Assembly (NCBI GenBank): GCA_035084275.1
Contig: CM068769.1
Location: 1,736,001 to 1,800,000 of the forward strand
Direction of reading: 5' to 3'
Origin: Hydrolagus colliei
Lineage: Eukaryota
Length of the DNA: 64,000 nucleotides
Shown: piece after piece, positions 61,127 through 64,000 of the stretch
Layout of the letters: every line of letters starts with the position of its first letter
Numbering within the stretch: the stretch's first letter is position 1
Position numbers and translations under genes: made by a program
The notes under the pieces: model-generated
Told to the model about the DNA's origin: nothing
The model's database searches: none
Seen by the model: only the letters and a program-made list of their open reading frames with translations

Positions 61127-61903
61127 GAGATACTACAGGCACAGTAATACACTGCGCTGTGAGATACCAGCAGCTCAGCGATGGATAAACTGGTGGAACA
61201 ATTAGATTTCTGTAGCTGAGCTGAGAAACGGTTTCCAAATCCTGTGCCTTTGACTGGATCGCCACCCCAATAATTATGCCGGACTATAAACTCTGGGTGT
61301 TTCTCTGGTTAATGTCTGTATCAGTTGAGATTGTAATCGCTGGCAATCGTGAAGTACGTGGAAACCAAATCGACAGTATCTCCTTCTTTCTTAACAATCG
61401 TGGCAGCTTTCTGACTGACAGAATCGGCGTCACAGAATTCTGCAATAAACGAGGGAAAGCACTATTATTCATAGAATATTAGAATCTTATGTCACTAAAG
61501 GAGGCCAATCGAGTCTGTGATGGCTCTTTGAACAGAGAAATTCAATCCCACTCGCCAGCTCTCTCTCCCCATAACTGTGCATACTGCCCTAAACAAATAA
61601 AATTCTACATCTCTTTTAACAGATATTTTGTCAAAGGCCTACCCCACCGTTTCAGGGAATGCATTCCAGATCAAAACAACGGGCTGAATGAAAAAACGTT
61701 TCCTCAACTCACCTCTAATTATGTTAGAAACTATTAGATCACCTGAATTGCGGACTGATTGCACTGTCCACTCAGCTACATGTCTCCCTCCAACAACTGT
61801 TGTTTTGATGGGGCTTAAAATCGGCAGTGACACTGAGTTAGCTCAACACGACCTCACCTGCCGTAAATGTTCCCAGGACTACACAGAGAGCAAACAGCCT
61901 CAT
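61127..61903 (-). pseudogene. TCR alpha/delta-type V (leader 61858-61903, V exon 61127-61439), pseudogene, RSS deleted
   Basis: Leader MRLFALCVVLGTFTA|gtgagg. V: EFCDADSVSQKAATIVKKEGDTVDLVSTY...LN*YRH*PEKHPEFIV...STSLSIAELLVSHSAVYYCACS. Paralog of the V at 53085. A CR1 fragment sits in the leader intron (~61470-61750). Confidence 0.9.
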
Positions 61904-61959
61904 TGCCGCTCCTCAGCCTTCGCTGTTGTGTCTCTGACATGCGTTTGCTGGGAACCAAC

Positions 61960-62010
61960 AGCAATATGCGTCACTGGCAGATCCCACAGTCCCACGTCAC
62001 CTCACTGACA
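61960..62010 (-). promoter_or_regulatory. CRE-like motifs upstream of the V leader
   Basis: GTGACGTG and GTGACGCA lie ~60-100 bp 5' of the leader ATG. TGACG (CRE) elements are known features of TCR V promoters. Confidence 0.35.
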
Positions 62011-63606
62011 TCCCAAACTTGCTTCAAGAACAGGAACCGATTGCTCTTACACTGCGCAATACAACAATGAATGTGTGTGTGCGTGGTGGAAGTGGGGTGG
62101 GGTCAGAAAATCCTCCAAATCGGTTCCTGTTAACCCTACAATCAAAGCGCAGCATGCAGGATTTTCATAGTAAAAATACAACAACAAAAATTTTAATTGA
62201 ATTTGCTCCCTCGAAGTCGTAGGGCGTCCCAGAGCGCTTCACATTAACAGATGCTGGGCTCGAGCCAGGTGCAGCGCGAGAAAGGCGAAGGCATGGTCGA
62301 AGAGGCAGGTTTTCAGCCGAGACCTCAAGTTAGATTGACAGGGGGCGAGGCGAATGGAGTGAGGAAGGGAGATCCAGAGCCTCGGGATGCAGTGGCTGAA
62401 GGCGATTTAACATCTTCTCAAAAACGTCTCATAGCGCTTCACAGAATATACTGTTAAGTGAATTGACGTTATATTTGTCGGCGAAACGCAGCGTCAATTG
62501 CACACAGCAGCGTCCATACATAGAGTCGTCGATTGTAATGACCGATTTCATTATTATGGTTTTTAAATAGTTACTAAATCTTCCTGAAGTGCAACCGGCT
62601 GATCGATTACCAACCAGCGGTCGCTAAATGCATGGCAACAAGAGTAATTTGGAAGATGCAAATTTGCCCAAATTTTATTATTGATAGTTATCAAATCAGA
62701 GGTATTCTCTCCGAAATATTTCTCCTAACAATAGGTCAATTCTGTTTACAGTATATTCTGTGAAGCGCTCTGAGATGTAATTGAAATGTGAAAAGCGATA
62801 CATCAAAATTGCAAGGGTTATTAGTATATTATCAGACCCTTGCCTCACTTTCCATTCTACACAGATGCTACGTGAGCTGTTTGATATTCCCAGCGATCTC
62901 CGTATTTGTTCCCGTTTAAATTATCTTTCGCTGACAAAGCATTAAGGTCAACACAATGTGTCGTTGAAGTTTGTACAATTAACAATCATTTGGACCAGCG
63001 GCTCGAAATTAGTTTGCCAATAGCAAAGCTGTTGAGAAAATGATACATCTCAAAAAAGCTACACATGCTACTATGTGATATCGAAAAGCGGTGGACAAGA
63101 TATAGTGTGATATATGGTGACATAGATTTATGTGATCTATCAGCCGACTCGCAGATAACTCAATTTACAGTTTATTAACTGAAGCACGTTGAGTCGTCGG
63201 GCAACAACAACCAAATTACATATGTACAGCGTCTTGCACGTCAGGAGAAAGTCCCAAGTCTCAGAACAGTTGCTGCTTTAGAAACCAGCTGACGAAGGGG
63301 TGGGAAGCGGGGAGCGGAGGAGGTGTTACCGATGCGTATATCGAAGAGGACAGTATTGGAGGAAAACTCCAAGGAGACGAGGGAGACGCGATAATGCCCT
63401 CGTAACAAAATTAAAGATTAGTTTTGCTCTTGTTTCCTCTACTCTTTCCCTATATATACCATTCTATCACTTTTGCGCTTGTGGTTTGGAAATTTAGTCA
63501 CGTGTTTCCTGTGAGAGACAGACCAGCAAATTTACAAGTAGCGAAAAAGGTCAACTGTCAGTAGTGACATCTGTGCTGTGATTAAACCCATTAACTCCTC
63601 TTTGTA

Positions 63607-63952
63607 AATTTATGTACGGTGGTGTAGCCTGAAGGTAACACTGTGCGAGTGATCACCACAATAGTATGTGGCTGAATCAGATAGAGCCACAGCCAGCACA
63701 GTTACACTGCATGTCTTGCTGCTCGTGTCCAAACTAGTGGTAAAAAGAGCTTCAGCATATTCAGCTCTGAACGTGGCTCTATCGTAAGCATGTCTCAAAG
63801 TCTACAGTGGTGGCTGGCCTGGATAATGACGGTACCAGTACATCAAACATGGATGAAACCAGCAGAGTTTTTCCATCTCAGGGTCACAGTCTGGCCTTCA
63901 GTGACTGACACTTCCCTCTGTGATGGTTCAACAACATCTCCATTCGCTGTCG
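63607..63952 (-). pseudogene. TCR alpha/delta-type V exon (63646-63952) with 23-RSS, pseudogene
   Basis: caacag| TANGDVVEPSQREVSVTEGQTVTLRW (C to W)... [shift] MYWYRHYPGQPPL*...SSKTCSVTVLAVALSDSATYYCGDHS. RSS CACAGTG-23-ACATAAATT. Confidence 0.9.
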
Positions 63953-64000
63953 CTGTTGCCAGGAAGAATATGTTAGAACAAAAAGAAAAATTGCTACATT

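Overview
Eukaryotic, repeat-rich vertebrate DNA, most likely from a cartilaginous fish. This is inferred from IgNAR-like V domains and the CR1/L2/tRNA-SINE repeat content. There are two assembly gaps (42345-42536, 46869-47220). Left part (1-35 kb): a minus-strand guanylate-binding-protein (GBP)-like gene whose first three coding exons are intact but whose GTPase motifs are degenerate; a nested CR1 > solo-LTR-like > hAT insertion with a perfect 8-bp TSD; and a plus-strand NACHT-LRR (NLRC3-like) pseudogene. Right part (36-64 kb): a minus-strand antigen-receptor V array with six recognisable TCR alpha/delta-type V segments. All six are defective; five retain a recognisable 23-bp-spacer RSS and one has lost it. 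Embedded in the array are NAR-TCR-like elements. One is a complete unrearranged leader-V(22/23RSS)-12D12-(23RSS)J cluster at 47.8-49.3 kb. Two related exons have a NAR-like V already fused to a J in the germline (44.6-45.0 kb, and a 3' half at 43.4-43.5 kb inside a ~380-bp fold-back palindrome). The germline-joined NAR-TCR-like VDJ exons are the most notable observation. No TCR constant exon or conventional TCR D/J was recognised in the window. All translations and alignments were done by eye, and no database search was run.
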